From: an uncultured Candidatus Saccharibacteria bacterium
Lineage (GTDB): Bacteria > Patescibacteriota > Saccharimonadia > Saccharimonadales > UBA7683
Assembly: GCA_964632215.1 (NCBI GenBank)
Contig: CAZWBG010000001.1
Coordinates: 495,863 to 559,862, forward strand
Direction: 5' to 3'
DNA length: 64,000 nt
Positions 43,140-54,173 of this stretch are shown here, piece by piece. Each line of letters starts with the position of its first letter. Within the stretch, counting starts at the first letter, position 1. Below the pieces are notes generated by a model. The model was not told the DNA's origin and did no database searches. It saw nothing but the letters and a program-made list of their open reading frames with translations. The position numbers and the translations under genes were made by a program.

Positions 43140-45559
43140 TGCTTATGCAGTCTTAAGTATGTACGTCGAACTACATAGAGCAGGGCCACCCCTGACACAA
43201 TAAGAGCCACTGCTTGCACCAGCCGCCTATTAAAGCCAGTTGGTGCTAGCCCATCTCCTCCAGGTATTAGGGGGTTCGGAGGTGCTGGATTGCCCGGGAA
43301 GCAGTTGCCGAAACAGGTAAAATTAAAGCTCTGGTCGTCAATTTCAAAGAGATTACCAGACACATACAATGCATTATTGCTCGGTGAAAAGAGTAGATTG
43401 TCCATATTCCAGCCAGCAACGTTTTGGATTACCGGGTTAAAATCTGTAACGATTCCAGTGGCTGTGTCGAAAGCGGCAAGGCGGTTGCGTGGCACGGAGC
43501 CGTTCACCATAGACATCCCTCCCCCGCCAACATACAAAACCGTCTCATCGCTGGTGAGTGTTAGGGTTTCGGTGTAATCATTAATATTGGGGTTAAAGCT
43601 GGTCGCAAGACCAGTGGCTGTGTCGAAAGCGGCAAGACGACTACGGGAAATACTGCCGTTCACGGTAGTAAAAACACCAGTTATATAAAGTAAGTCACCG
43701 TCAGCCGTTAGTAATATATCTCGTGTTTCATTATTGAGATTCGGGTTAAAGCTAGTGGCGGTGCCAGTTGAGGTATCGAATGCAGCGAGGCGGTTGCGGG
43801 TAGTACTGCCGTTTACGGTCGTAAATGCCCCACCGGCATATAGTGTCTGGCCATCTGGTGAAATATCCATTCCCCATACTGTATTATTCGTATCTGGGTT
43901 AAAGCTTGTTGCGAGACTCGTATTTACATCGAAAGCGGCGAGGCGGTTGCGGGTAGTACTGCCGTTTACGGTAGTGAAGGAACCATGAGCATATAGTGTC
44001 TGACCATCTGGTGAAAGCTCAATACCCAACGCAATGGCATTCAATTCAGGGTTAAAATCCGTAAGACTGCCGTCACTCGTATTAAGCGCTGCCATACGAA
44101 GGCGCACTTGGCCATTGACACCAGTAAAATGTCCGCTCACATAGAGCATGCTCTCATCAGGTGATAAAGCGAGCCCCCATACAGAATTATTAAAAGTAGG
44201 GTTGAAGCTGGCATCAACGCTCCCATCTGGCAAAATCCGAACAAGGTTATTATGCACTCCACCGTATCCACCCATGTATCCACCAACGTAGAAAGTACCC
44301 GTCAAAGAATCATAGCTCAATGACATAACCTCGCCATCTGTTGAGACATTCATGTCAGTAACCGTACCTGTAGTTGCATTAAACTCGGCAAATCTATTAC
44401 GTTGCACGGTATCATTTACCATCACAAAACTACCTCCAACAAAAACAGTCGATTCATCTTGACCAAACGAAAGACTAAAGACTGTTCCGGCATTAAGGTT
44501 TGGGTTAAAGCTGGTGGCTGTGCCAGTCGAGGTATCGAAAGCCGCAAGTCTGTTGCGGGTAGTGCCGCCGTTTACGGTAGTGAAATTACCACCGACATAC
44601 AGAGTAGACCCGTCGGCAGAAAGGAGAACAGAACGAGCAAAGTCATTAAGGTTTGGGTTAAAGCTGGTGGCTGTGCCAGTTGAAGTATCAAAGGCGGCGA
44701 GGCGATTACGGGTAGTCGAGGGGGAGTTAACTGTCGTAAAGTCACCTGCAGCATACAGGATAGATTCATCAGTACTCAGCCTCATAGAATACACTTGATT
44801 GTTGGCAATCGGGTTAAAACTAGTAGCTGTGCCCGTGGCGGTATCGAAAGCAGCAATCCTAGTGCGAGCCGTTGAACCGTTCACAGTAGTGAAATTACCG
44901 CCCGCATAGAGAGTAGATCCATCATTAGAAAGAAGAATGGAACGAGCATAGCTACTGAGATTTGGATTAAAGCTGGTGGCTGTGCCAGTTGAGGTATCGA
45001 AAGCGGCAAGGCGGTTGCGGGTAGTGCCGCCATTCACGGTAGTGAAGTCACCAGATACGTAGAGTGTGCTTGCGTCAGGACTCAATACAACAGAGAGCAC
45101 TGAACCATTGATATCAGGATTAAAATTTGGATTCAGTGAACCATCGGGAAGAACATGTGCAAGCCGATTACGAGTTGATATTCCTGCGGTAAATTCTCCA
45201 CCAACATACCAACCACCAGCGCCGTCAGGCACTGCGGTACGTACCCCACCATTAAAAGAAATGCTGCTTTGACTTGGCTGTCCGGTGTTTTCATCATACA
45301 AAAACGCACCAATAGAGCGAGTAGCATCCACTGATTTAAAATCACCACTCATATACATGGTGCCGTCCGATGCAGCAATGTTATTAACCACTCGGGAATT
45401 AAATTGAGGTAATGGTGATGCCGGCGTATCTGGCAATACTGGAGCAGCAAATATATCAATCGGTAACATGACAGCCACAAATAAAAGCAAGATCGTAGTG
45501 ATCCATAAAGATTTAAATTGGTACTTTGGCGCTTTGTTCAACCCCATAAACTTCTTCAT
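43136..45559 (-). CDS. Surface protein of about 12 delta-60/DUF5122-type beta-propeller repeats with LAPTG anchor
   Basis: 807 aa with a signal peptide. Repeated unit of about 51-52 aa: GGNFTTVNGGTTRNRLAAFDTSTGTATSFNPNLN. C-terminus is LAPTG + hydrophobic helix + RRTYLRLHKH. Confidence 0.8.
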   Translation of the reverse strand: MKKFMGLNKAPKYQFKSLWITTILLLFVAVMLPIDIFAAPVLPDTPASPLPQFNSRVVNNIAASDGTMYMSGDFKSVDATRSIGAFLYDENTGQPSQSSISFNGGVRTAVPDGAGGWYVGGEFTAGISTRNRLAHVLPDGSLNPNFNPDINGSVLSVVLSPDASTLYVSGDFTTVNGGTTRNRLAAFDTSTGTATSFNPNLSSYARSILLSNDGSTLYAGGNFTTVNGSTARTRIAAFDTATGTATSFNPIANNQVYSMRLSTDESILYAAGDFTTVNSPSTTRNRLAAFDTSTGTATSFNPNLNDFARSVLLSADGSTLYVGGNFTTVNGGTTRNRLAAFDTSTGTATSFNPNLNAGTVFSLSFGQDESTVFVGGSFVMVNDTVQRNRFAEFNATTGTVTDMNVSTDGEVMSLSYDSLTGTFYVGGYMGGYGGVHNNLVRILPDGSVDASFNPTFNNSVWGLALSPDESMLYVSGHFTGVNGQVRLRMAALNTSDGSLTDFNPELNAIALGIELSPDGQTLYAHGSFTTVNGSTTRNRLAAFDVNTSLATSFNPDTNNTVWGMDISPDGQTLYAGGAFTTVNGSTTRNRLAAFDTSTGTATSFNPNLNNETRDILLTADGDLLYITGVFTTVNGSISRSRLAAFDTATGLATSFNPNINDYTETLTLTSDETVLYVGGGGMSMVNGSVPRNRLAAFDTATGIVTDFNPVIQNVAGWNMDNLLFSPSNNALYVSGNLFEIDDQSFNFTCFGNCFPGNPAPPNPLIPGGDGLAPTGFNRRLVQAVALIVSGVALLYVVRRTYLRLHKH

Positions 45560-45745
45560 TGTTTAATTTTTTATACTCCTCACTCCATAAATACGTATGA
45601 TAACTCGTATTACACTTGTCACCAAGGATTTAAAAGTCCTTATCCTCTGTACATATAGTACATGATGCTTATGATAGAATTCAAGGTACTTTTGATATTA
45701 TTTAACACCTGATACTTTGCGCGTAGCGAACCATGCTTGTGCGCC

Positions 45746-47527
45746 TTAATCTCTTTTAAGCATCACCGTGAAGGCTTCCGCTGGAATATCTACTTTTCCA
45801 AAGCGCTTCATACGTTCTTTACCTTTTTTCTGTTTCGCCAGTACTTTCTTCTTACGGGAGACATCACCACCGTAGAGGCCACTCGTTACGTCTTTACGGA
45901 AGGCCGAGAGATCTTCGCGAGCAATAAACTTACCGCCAATAGCAGCTTGGAGGGCAACCTTAAAGTTCTGGCGTGGAATAACATCTTTTAACTTATCAAC
46001 TGTTTCACGCCCAAGTAATTGGGCCTCGGAACGGTGAGCCATAACAGAAAGTGCACCAACGATCTCTCCAGCAACGTAAAAATCTACTCGTACCAAATCT
46101 TCCACGCGGTAATCGTCTAGCTCATAATTGAATGAGCCGTAGCCGCTCGTCACACTTTTGAGCTGATCGTAGAAATCAGTCAGTAAGTTGGCTAGTGGTG
46201 CTTCAAACGCTACCAGTGCCAGTTGAGCATCGACAAAACTAAGGCCTTTTTGAATACCCCTCTTCGTGGAGATAAGTTGGATGACTGCGCCGACATATTC
46301 TTTGGGTACCACAATCTCGCCTTTGATCCATGGTTCAGCAATGGTGCTGATTCGAGCTGGATCGGGTAGGTCGCTAGCTGATTTAATATCTACTCGGTCA
46401 CCGCTTAGGAGCGAAACATGATAGTCAGTACTAGGGTTAGTGACGATTAGGCTAAGATTATACTCACGCTCGAGCCGTTCACGTACAATCTCCATATGTA
46501 GCAAGCCCAGGAAGCCGACGCGCACACCAAAACCTAGAACTGGTGAGTTCTCTGGTTCGTATTGCAGTGCTGAGTCACTGAGCGACAGCTTCTCTATGGC
46601 TTCTTTGAGCTCGGCGTAATATTCGTTACTTTCCGGAAACACACCAGCATACACAAACGGCTGGACTTCCTTATAACCTGGTAATGGTTGCTGACCAGTC
46701 TGTTTGCTAAGCGCCACGGTATCGCCTACCTTAGCCTCACGAGTAGATTTAAGGTTCGTCACAATGTAGCCAATCTCACCAGCCTGCAATTCATCATCGG
46801 CTTGCATCTGCGGGCTCAGGTGCCCGACTTCTAGCGCCAGGCCATGGCTCTTGGTGCTAAGCATATTAATTTCACTACCCCGTTTAATACTACCGTCTAC
46901 GACTCGTACATAGAGAATAACCCCACGATAATCGTCATAGTAACTATCAAAAATTAATGCTCGGGTTGGCTGCTCAAGCTCACCGCGAGGCGCCGGGACC
47001 TTTTCAATAACAGCATCTAACACTGACTGAACACCCTCACCTGTCTTGGCAGAAATATGTAATATCTCACTCTCGTCACAACCCAACAAGCTTACTACCT
47101 CAGCAGTAACTCGTGGTACATCTGCGGCTGGCAAATCAATCTTATTAAGTACTGGAATAATGGTTAAATCTGCCCCTAGTGCCAAATACACGTTGGCTAA
47201 AGTCTGAGCTTGAATACCCTGGCTGGCATCAACCACCAAGATTGCACCCTCGCAGGCCTCTAGGCTACGAGAAACCTCATAGCTAAAGTCTACATGACCA
47301 GGTGTGTCGATGAGATTGAGCTGATAGCCTTCATATGACATCTGTACTGGTGTTAGTTTAATAGTGATTCCCTTCTCGCGCTCGAGATCCATTCTGTCTA
47401 ACAACTGAGCCTTCATATCACGCTTTAAGACAGTACTGGTCAATTCTAATAGCCGATCTGCTAGGGTAGACTTACCATGATCGATGTGTGCAATAATGCA
47501 AAAGTTGCGGATTTTTTCTTGGTTCAT
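45746..47527 (-). CDS. lepA: Elongation factor 4 (LepA)
   Basis: IIAHIDHGKSTLADRL G1 motif, DTPGHVDF, LepA-specific C-terminus. Confidence 0.97.
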   Translation of the reverse strand: MNQEKIRNFCIIAHIDHGKSTLADRLLELTSTVLKRDMKAQLLDRMDLEREKGITIKLTPVQMSYEGYQLNLIDTPGHVDFSYEVSRSLEACEGAILVVDASQGIQAQTLANVYLALGADLTIIPVLNKIDLPAADVPRVTAEVVSLLGCDESEILHISAKTGEGVQSVLDAVIEKVPAPRGELEQPTRALIFDSYYDDYRGVILYVRVVDGSIKRGSEINMLSTKSHGLALEVGHLSPQMQADDELQAGEIGYIVTNLKSTREAKVGDTVALSKQTGQQPLPGYKEVQPFVYAGVFPESNEYYAELKEAIEKLSLSDSALQYEPENSPVLGFGVRVGFLGLLHMEIVRERLEREYNLSLIVTNPSTDYHVSLLSGDRVDIKSASDLPDPARISTIAEPWIKGEIVVPKEYVGAVIQLISTKRGIQKGLSFVDAQLALVAFEAPLANLLTDFYDQLKSVTSGYGSFNYELDDYRVEDLVRVDFYVAGEIVGALSVMAHRSEAQLLGRETVDKLKDVIPRQNFKVALQAAIGGKFIAREDLSAFRKDVTSGLYGGDVSRKKKVLAKQKKGKERMKRFGKVDIPAEAFTVMLKRD

Positions 47528-49116
47528 TGTAGTCGTATCGGTTTAAATAATATCGTGCGGGCTTTAGCGATAATCGGCTCAACCTCTTCCAATCGGAAAA
47601 GCCAGGAAACTCCAATGTAGACCAATGCCGCACCAATAGAAACAAGCGCAAGCTTTGGTAGCAATGTCAGTACTCCTCGGTCTTGAACACCCAGCTCAAA
47701 AAGCTCACGGCGCATCAGCCAGGTTGCCCAAAACGTAATACCGAAGGCCGAAAGCATACGCCATAGTGCCCCAAAAAAGGGCCGATCCAGTGTACCCGGA
47801 AAGCGTTTGAGCAATATAATTGTCAGGGCAAACACCTCAAAAGCTGCCACAATCACTTGGGCAAGCGGCAACCCCAGTACACCGTATTGGCTTGGCCGAG
47901 CCAGCCAAACAGAAAGGATAACGTTAAAGGTGATCGCAAAGATCGAAACATACAGTGGCGTCTTTGTATCTTGTTGGGCGTAAAAACTACGACTCAGCAC
48001 ATGGTAAATTGCTCGAAATGCAATTGCCCAGGTGAAAATACCCAGAATAGCGGCAATTTCCGGATCACCCTGACGAGCCAAAATACGCACTAAATAACCA
48101 CGCATCAAGAATGTCACCGTAACCGCAGGCAATACAAGCCAGATGACAAGTCGTAGCAATTTACGGAGTTCTTTTTTAAACAGATCTGTACGCTTTTGAG
48201 CCAACCGCTCTGTCATGCGCGGAAAGGCAGCGGTTGAAAGCGCTACGCCGATTAAGGTAATCGGGACATTGTGCAACGTATAGGCAGCACTGTAGGCACC
48301 AATAGCACCTTGTCCTAAGCGTGAAGCCAAGTTGATTTCAACCATATTCTGAAAGTAGTCAATACCTTGGTCGGTTGAACGGGCAGGAAGTATTTTTAAG
48401 ACTTGTCGGAACCCTTTGTTACGCCAAAAAATCTTCGATTGATAATCGAAGCCGAGACCCACTAACCCCAATGCACTGATAATGAGCTGTAGCACCGAGC
48501 CAATTACCACACCAAGCGCCACACCCATGATGCCAAACCTTGGAGCCAAGAAGACAACGCCGATGATGATACTCAGGTTATAGAAAGATGGGGCTAACGC
48601 TACGAAGAAAAAGCGACCGACAGCCTGCTGCATAGCAGCAAAAACACTACTGATAGAAAACAGAAGTGGGTTAATAGCGATGATGCGCATCATAGAAACT
48701 GCCAGGAAAGTTGTGTGCTCGTCTAGGCCAGGTGCCACAACGTACTTCACGAGTGGTTCGGCAAAAACTAAAATTAGGACACTTGCCACAAAAGTGACCA
48801 GTGCAAAAAGGTTGAGTAAACTGGAGCTTAGTTCCCAAGCAGACTTTTTATTACCTTTGAGCCAACGTTCATTAAAGACCGGAATAAAGGTAACGCTCAG
48901 AGCACCCGAGATTAGAATAAAGAACATAAAGTCTGGTACGGTGAAGGCTACTTTATAGGCAGCTACCTCTGAGCTTTTGACACCAAAGCTACCGTAGAGA
49001 AAGACATCACGCAGTAAACCTAAAACTTGCGCAATTAAACCAGAGCCGGCCAACAATGCTGCAGCCCAGCCAAAACTTACTTTCTTATTTGCGCGAACGA
49101 GAAGACGATTTACCAT
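47524..49116 (-). CDS. murJ: Lipid II flippase MurJ
   Basis: 530 aa with about 14 TM helices and a MurJ/MviN-like N-terminal region. 4-nt overlap with lepA. Confidence 0.8.
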   Translation of the reverse strand: MVNRLLVRANKKVSFGWAAALLAGSGLIAQVLGLLRDVFLYGSFGVKSSEVAAYKVAFTVPDFMFFILISGALSVTFIPVFNERWLKGNKKSAWELSSSLLNLFALVTFVASVLILVFAEPLVKYVVAPGLDEHTTFLAVSMMRIIAINPLLFSISSVFAAMQQAVGRFFFVALAPSFYNLSIIIGVVFLAPRFGIMGVALGVVIGSVLQLIISALGLVGLGFDYQSKIFWRNKGFRQVLKILPARSTDQGIDYFQNMVEINLASRLGQGAIGAYSAAYTLHNVPITLIGVALSTAAFPRMTERLAQKRTDLFKKELRKLLRLVIWLVLPAVTVTFLMRGYLVRILARQGDPEIAAILGIFTWAIAFRAIYHVLSRSFYAQQDTKTPLYVSIFAITFNVILSVWLARPSQYGVLGLPLAQVIVAAFEVFALTIILLKRFPGTLDRPFFGALWRMLSAFGITFWATWLMRRELFELGVQDRGVLTLLPKLALVSIGAALVYIGVSWLFRLEEVEPIIAKARTILFKPIRLQ

Positions 49117-49196
49117 AAAATAAAACTAAAATTTATATCTGTAAATAGTATACGCGTATAGAGAGTAAAAAAGAACCGTTTTTCTAGATAAAGCAC

Positions 49197-51083
49197 CTAG
49201 GTTAAGACAACTTCTTTCGGAGCCTTGGCATCCTTCAGAGCGGCATGAGCCTCAGTTTCATCAAGTGTCTCATGCTCTAATAGTTCATCTTTAATGGTTT
49301 CAAGGGCTTTTTTATTCGCAGTAATGATTTTCTCAGCACGAGAGGTAGCCTCGGTAATGAGTGCTTCCACCTCAGCATCAATCAGTTCAGCGGTCTTCTC
49401 CGAATACGGTTTGGAGTGCACCATACGGTCAAGCATCATACCGCCTTCATCTTCGTGAAAAACCTGGTCACGCAACTTTGTACCCATGCCTTGTTCGATG
49501 ATCATTTCGCGTGCCAGCTGAGCGGCTTTTTGCAAATCATTACCAGCTCCGGTCGTGACCCAGTCTTTTCCGTAAATTACTTTCTCAGCTACGCGACCAC
49601 CTACTACACGAGCTAGAACATCTTTGTATTCGTTAATAGAGTGGTAACTTTTATCTTCTTCGTCGAGGAACCAAGTAACTCCACCAGTACCACCGCGTGG
49701 GATAATCGTGACTTTATGCAAACCACCAGAGAGTGGCAAGACATGTCCAACCAGAGCATGTCCACCTTCGTGATAAGCAGTCATTTCACGTTCTCTCTCA
49801 CCCATGGCTTTATTTTTACGCTCAGGGCCAATAGCAATACGTTCAAAAGCCTCAGTGATATCACTATTTTGAATTACCTTACGATTAGAACGAGCTGCAA
49901 CAATTGCTGATTCATTGGCTAAGTTCGCCAGATCTGCACCAGCCATACCAACTGTCTTTTTAGATAGAGCGCTTAAGTTAACGGAACCATCTACCGGCTT
50001 GTTCTTAAAGTGTACCTTCAAAATCGCTTCACGGTCTCTACGCTCAGGTAGTGGAATGTTCACACGACGATCAAAACGACCAGGACGAAGTAGGGCAGGA
50101 TCAAGTACATCAGCACGGTTAGTGGCCGCCAACACAATCACGTTAACGCCAGTCTCAAAACCATCCATCTCTACCAAAATTTGGTTCAATGTCTGTTCAC
50201 GCTCATCGTGCCCACCACCCATACCAGAGCCACGACGGCGGCCCACTGCATCAATTTCATCTATGAATATAATGCACGGTGAATTCTTTTTAGCCTTTGC
50301 AAACAGATCACGTACACGCGAAGCGCCAACACCAACAAACATTTCTACAAACTCGGAACCAGAGATGCTAAAGAATGGCACGCCTGCTTCACCAGCTACG
50401 GCTTTAGCCATTAAAGTCTTACCAGTACCAGGCGAACCGACTAGTAAAACACCCTTCGGGATTTTAGCGCCCACAGCAGCAAACTTCTTAGGGAATTTTA
50501 AGAACTCCACTACTTCTTCAAGATCCTGCTTAGCCTCTTCGTTACCAGCTACATCTTTAAAAACAACTTTTTCTTTGTCATTACCAGCTATGCGGGCCTT
50601 GCTTTTGCCAAAGCTCATGGCTTGGCTATTTTGGCCCTGGGCTTGACGCATCATGAAGAAAAAGAAACCTAGAATCAGTATGCCCGGTATGAGTAACTGT
50701 GCAACACCCCAGATAATACCACTACTACCTGAGGGTTCTTTGGCACTATACTGCACCTTGCTTACATCAATTTTTTGGTCGTCACGTAGCTCGGTTGGCT
50801 GTACAACAATAAACTGCTTACCAAGATTTTTATCACCCTCTTGTAAATCATCTCTGAGAGTTACTTTTAGCTCATTGCCTTGCTGCTCAATCTTCTCAAC
50901 ACTACCTGCATCAACCTTTTCGTTCAGCTGTGTGTAGGTTAGGGTATCTTTTTTAAAGTCGGTAGAATTGAGAGTAGTAGATGCCCAAAAGAAGGCACCG
51001 ATCAGTACTATTAATAAAATGAGCCCTACGGTCTTGAGGGTATTTTTACGTTTAGACGGCAAATTAGGACTTTTCTGTTCCAC
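49197..51083 (-). CDS. ftsH: ATP-dependent zinc metalloprotease FtsH
   Basis: Two TM helices, Walker [13 protein letters not shown] region, HEGGH zinc motif. Confidence 0.97.
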   Translation of the reverse strand: MEQKSPNLPSKRKNTLKTVGLILLIVLIGAFFWASTTLNSTDFKKDTLTYTQLNEKVDAGSVEKIEQQGNELKVTLRDDLQEGDKNLGKQFIVVQPTELRDDQKIDVSKVQYSAKEPSGSSGIIWGVAQLLIPGILILGFFFFMMRQAQGQNSQAMSFGKSKARIAGNDKEKVVFKDVAGNEEAKQDLEEVVEFLKFPKKFAAVGAKIPKGVLLVGSPGTGKTLMAKAVAGEAGVPFFSISGSEFVEMFVGVGASRVRDLFAKAKKNSPCIIFIDEIDAVGRRRGSGMGGGHDEREQTLNQILVEMDGFETGVNVIVLAATNRADVLDPALLRPGRFDRRVNIPLPERRDREAILKVHFKNKPVDGSVNLSALSKKTVGMAGADLANLANESAIVAARSNRKVIQNSDITEAFERIAIGPERKNKAMGEREREMTAYHEGGHALVGHVLPLSGGLHKVTIIPRGGTGGVTWFLDEEDKSYHSINEYKDVLARVVGGRVAEKVIYGKDWVTTGAGNDLQKAAQLAREMIIEQGMGTKLRDQVFHEDEGGMMLDRMVHSKPYSEKTAELIDAEVEALITEATSRAEKIITANKKALETIKDELLEHETLDETEAHAALKDAKAPKEVVLT

Positions 51084-51122
51084 TGGGATCTCCTTTTTAT
51101 ACTCAGTTACAGTAGCACATTT

Positions 51123-52025
51123 CTAGACTTTTTGAAACACAACCCGGGTCTGTTCTAGCCTAATCTTAAGGTCTTTGTGAAGTGGAAAATAAGTTTTTGA
51201 GCGACCGGTTTTAATAAACCGTTCTAGTCGGCGAAGCTGCATAGTTGAAGGGTGCCACCGTGTTTCAAGCCGAGCTAGCACCTCATACAATACCTCTCGT
51301 GTGACTTCACTTGGCCACATGATACATTGGTAGCGAGGCAATACGTATATGCCACCCGCCTGATTCGCATCAGCCAGTAGAGTATCTAGTTCGCCTTCTA
51401 TTTCTGGACGAAGTGTCTGTACAGAGCGAATTGATGTCAGAAATTTCTGCGTAAACCGTGTGCCTTGAGTTTTGGCATTGGGTAATAAGGTGAGTCGGAT
51501 GTAATTACGTAGATAATCTTGATTCTGATTCGTACTATCCTGGTTCCAACTTAATTGTTGCTCACGGGCATATGTACTGATTTCTTCTTTTGAATATTCT
51601 AGAAGTGGGCGCAGGCAATCGTCGGTTGACCGTAGGCTTGCCAAGCCACGCCAACTTGTACCACGGATAATATTGAGGACTGCAGTCTCGACAACATCAT
51701 CTTGATGATGAGCGGTGATGAGTGCCTGAGCCTCATGCTTTTTTTGACAGTCTCGTAAAAAGCGGTAGCGAGCCTCACGGGCCACTTGTTCACTGGCATT
51801 GGCGGGCAACTTACCATGGCCTAGTTCAAACGGCAGACCATATTGCCGAGCCAGTGATGCAATTAATTGAGCATCGGCACTCGAATCTGCACGAATACCG
51901 TGGTCAAAATGAGCCACTACCAAATCTACCTTTGATACACCTACTAGTAGACTCAGCAAAGCTACCGAGTCTACCCCGCCGCTCACCGCCACAATATATC
52001 TACCTGGTTTAATATGCACTTTCAT
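51123..52025 (-). CDS. tilS: tRNA(Ile)-lysidine synthase TilS
   Basis: PP-loop SGGVDS near the N-terminus. 300 aa. Confidence 0.85.
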   Translation of the reverse strand: MKVHIKPGRYIVAVSGGVDSVALLSLLVGVSKVDLVVAHFDHGIRADSSADAQLIASLARQYGLPFELGHGKLPANASEQVAREARYRFLRDCQKKHEAQALITAHHQDDVVETAVLNIIRGTSWRGLASLRSTDDCLRPLLEYSKEEISTYAREQQLSWNQDSTNQNQDYLRNYIRLTLLPNAKTQGTRFTQKFLTSIRSVQTLRPEIEGELDTLLADANQAGGIYVLPRYQCIMWPSEVTREVLYEVLARLETRWHPSTMQLRRLERFIKTGRSKTYFPLHKDLKIRLEQTRVVFQKV

Positions 52026-52063
52026 ACTCTAGATTGTACCAGCAGCTCAGTGCCTAGATGTAC

Positions 52064-52089
52064 AAATACCCCGCAGTTGCGGGGTATTT
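52064..52089 (-). terminator. Terminator after the DUF308 gene
   Basis: AAATACCCCGC-AGTT-GCGGGGTATTT hairpin, 29 nt past the stop at 52118. Confidence 0.6.
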
Positions 52090-52117
52090 GAGGCTAGGCA
52101 GGTATTTTATTTGTGTG

Positions 52118-52678
52118 TTACTTTTTGCCTTCGGCAATGTTCTTCGCGTCGATAGAAAGAGCTACCAAAATTGGTCCGGTGATCAAAGCATATAGGCCAA
52201 GGACCCATACGAATGCCACACCAGCTGCTTCTGACTGGAAGAGCAAGACGATACCAACAATCACAGCAGCTGCGCCACCAAGAAGTGTTAGTAGGCGCTC
52301 AGTTGCACCGATGTTCTTTGTTACGAATGTTGCAATAACCTCAGCAACACCCACAGCGATTAACGTGAAGCTAATGATAAGAATCAAGAGCGCAAAGTTA
52401 ACACCTGGGTGACGAAGTAAGTACACACCTACACCGATCTCAATAAGACCAATGAGAAGTGTCCAGATCCAACGCTGGTGCTTTCCAACTCCACCAATAC
52501 CATGCACAACACTAACAACACCGTTCACGAGCACGAATGCACCGAAAAGGTATACGAGTGTTACCAGAGTAAGCCCTGGCCAAAAAACTGCTGCGATTCC
52601 AAATAGAATTGCTGCGATTCCACGTACTGTTAATACCCACCAGTAATCAGATACGAATTGTCGTTCTGCTTTGTCCAT
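52118..52678 (-). CDS. HdeD/DUF308 family membrane protein
   Basis: 186 aa with six TM helices. YWWVLTVRGIAAILFGIAAVFWPG opening is typical of the family. Confidence 0.75.
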   Translation of the reverse strand: MDKAERQFVSDYWWVLTVRGIAAILFGIAAVFWPGLTLVTLVYLFGAFVLVNGVVSVVHGIGGVGKHQRWIWTLLIGLIEIGVGVYLLRHPGVNFALLILIISFTLIAVGVAEVIATFVTKNIGATERLLTLLGGAAAVIVGIVLLFQSEAAGVAFVWVLGLYALITGPILVALSIDAKNIAEGKK

Positions 52679-52859
52679 TATTCTTTCCCTCCTTTTAGAT
52701 GAACCTAACCTAATCCGTATAATGCCACGGTAGTTTCCCCTCTGTCAAGCAAGATATGCGTCGATAAGCATATGCCCATCTGTAGCATAAGTAGTTTATT
52801 TGACACCACCTCATGGTGGGTGAATAATGAGAGTATTCATTTAAAGGGAGGATTCTTAT

Positions 52860-53258
52860 ATGGCACAGAAGAACAATACGTCGTCAGGTTGGGTTGGTTG
52901 GGTTTACTTTGCAGGAATTTTACTACTCATACAGGCCTTTTTCCAAGCACTAATTGGGTTTGTTTCGTTTACCCGCAGTGATCTTTTCGTTGTCGCGGAA
53001 AATAATGCCCTCTTCTTCGACTTTACCGCTTGGGGTTGGGTTCATTTAATACTAGCGATCGTCTTACTAACCGCTGGTTTTTCAGTTATTAACGGCGGCT
53101 TATGGGGACGCACGATTGGTGTAATATTTGGAATCATAAGTTTCTTTATAAACATCGCCTTTCTACCAGCCTATCCAGTCTGGCTCACCATCGCAGCAGT
53201 GCTAGATCTAATTATTATCTACGCTCTGATCGTACACGGCCGCGAAGCCCGCCTGTAG
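52860..53258 (+). CDS. Four-TM membrane protein (DUF7144-like)
   Basis: GWVGWVYFAGILLLIQAFFQ...FTAWGWVHLILAIVLL...LPAYPVWLTIAAVLDLIIIYAL. GGGAGG Shine-Dalgarno sequence. Confidence 0.6.
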   Translation: MAQKNNTSSGWVGWVYFAGILLLIQAFFQALIGFVSFTRSDLFVVAENNALFFDFTAWGWVHLILAIVLLTAGFSVINGGLWGRTIGVIFGIISFFINIAFLPAYPVWLTIAAVLDLIIIYALIVHGREARL

Positions 53259-53278
53259 AAGCCCTTCAGATCTAACTT

Positions 53279-53306
53279 AAAAGCAGTCCGTTACGGACTG
53301 CTTTTA
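53279..53306 (+). terminator. Rho-independent terminator
   Basis: AAAAGCAGTCCG-TTA-CGGACTGCTTTT hairpin, 21 nt after the stop at 53258. Confidence 0.75.
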
Positions 53307-53652
53307 AATCATGGCACTATTCTTTCGTAAAATTATAAAAAATGACTACCGATTAGTGAATCATCAGAACGATCAACAAGGTTTGTCCTGACTAATAAAG
53401 ATGGGCTCCTTTAATCTATATTGTCCGGAATATGTTGCCTCTGTTATAATGCCATCAAGCTACTTGTAGCTCAGACCTAAATCTCGAATTATCGGGACAT
53501 GGTCGTCAAAACTATCGTGAATATAAAGCTCGTCGTCAGAGCCTATTTCACGATAGTCAATACTGGAAACGGTATTGGGTGACTTCGGTCATCGCTGGCG
53601 GCGGGCTTTTTGTATTGCCGCCAATTATCAACTACTAATAAAGGAGTGCTCT

Positions 53653-53937
53653 ATGCAGGGAATATTAATACTAACATCGCTGGCAATATTTATTGGAATA
53701 TCGGTAAATGTTAATAGAAAGATCAAGCGTAATGAAACAGCAGACTTATTTTGGCAAGGCTGTGGTATGGGAATATTTGGTGGTCTTATAATTGCCGTGA
53801 TTGTCAGTAATGAATTTAAGATCAAAATAGAGGACAAACAAGATAGAAAAACATTCAAACAAGGTGTTTGGGGTGGTATTGCTATATCTTTCACTATGGC
53901 GATTGGTTCATTCATGATTATCAGTTCATCAACGTAA
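53653..53937 (+). CDS. Small membrane protein (3 TM), unknown function
   Basis: AAGGAG lies 7 nt upstream of ATG 53653. 94 aa. Low-GC region. Confidence 0.5.
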   Translation: MQGILILTSLAIFIGISVNVNRKIKRNETADLFWQGCGMGIFGGLIIAVIVSNEFKIKIEDKQDRKTFKQGVWGGIAISFTMAIGSFMIISSST

Positions 53938-54173
53938 CCTACGAAATGCTGGTGATACCAGCTACTGTCCTTGTCGCCCAAGTACGATTAAGCAACGCCC
54001 ATGAGTACTCATAGAAGATGAATTTCTCGACGTAGAGGCCAAATAAACTGGTCTATTATCGAAGAGTGGACGTATAGAGCCAGGACTGGCCCATAAAGGT
54101 AGGGAGATTGAAGGGATATGAACGGACAACAAGACAAGTTGGTACAGAGTGATATCTATCGCAGGGATAGAGT

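Noticed and set aside
43290-45272. Periodic repeats and several 65-95-aa ORFs on the plus strand; checked for a CRISPR array
   Set aside because: The period (about 153-156 nt) and the sequence correspond to the in-frame protein repeats of the 807-aa minus-strand gene. There is no short repeat/spacer architecture, and the plus-strand ORFs mirror the repeats.
49915-50646. 243-aa plus-strand ORF
   Set aside because: It is antisense to the AAA+ core of ftsH. Ser/Arg/Pro-rich mirror translation of this kind is typical of a shadow ORF.
53330-53560. Minus-strand reading frame ...IDYREIGSDDELYIHDSFDDHVPIIRDLGLSYK* in the AT-rich gap
   Set aside because: No start codon in frame (a TGA lies upstream, and the nearby ATG is in another frame). 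No family recognised. It could be a gene remnant but that is unsupported.
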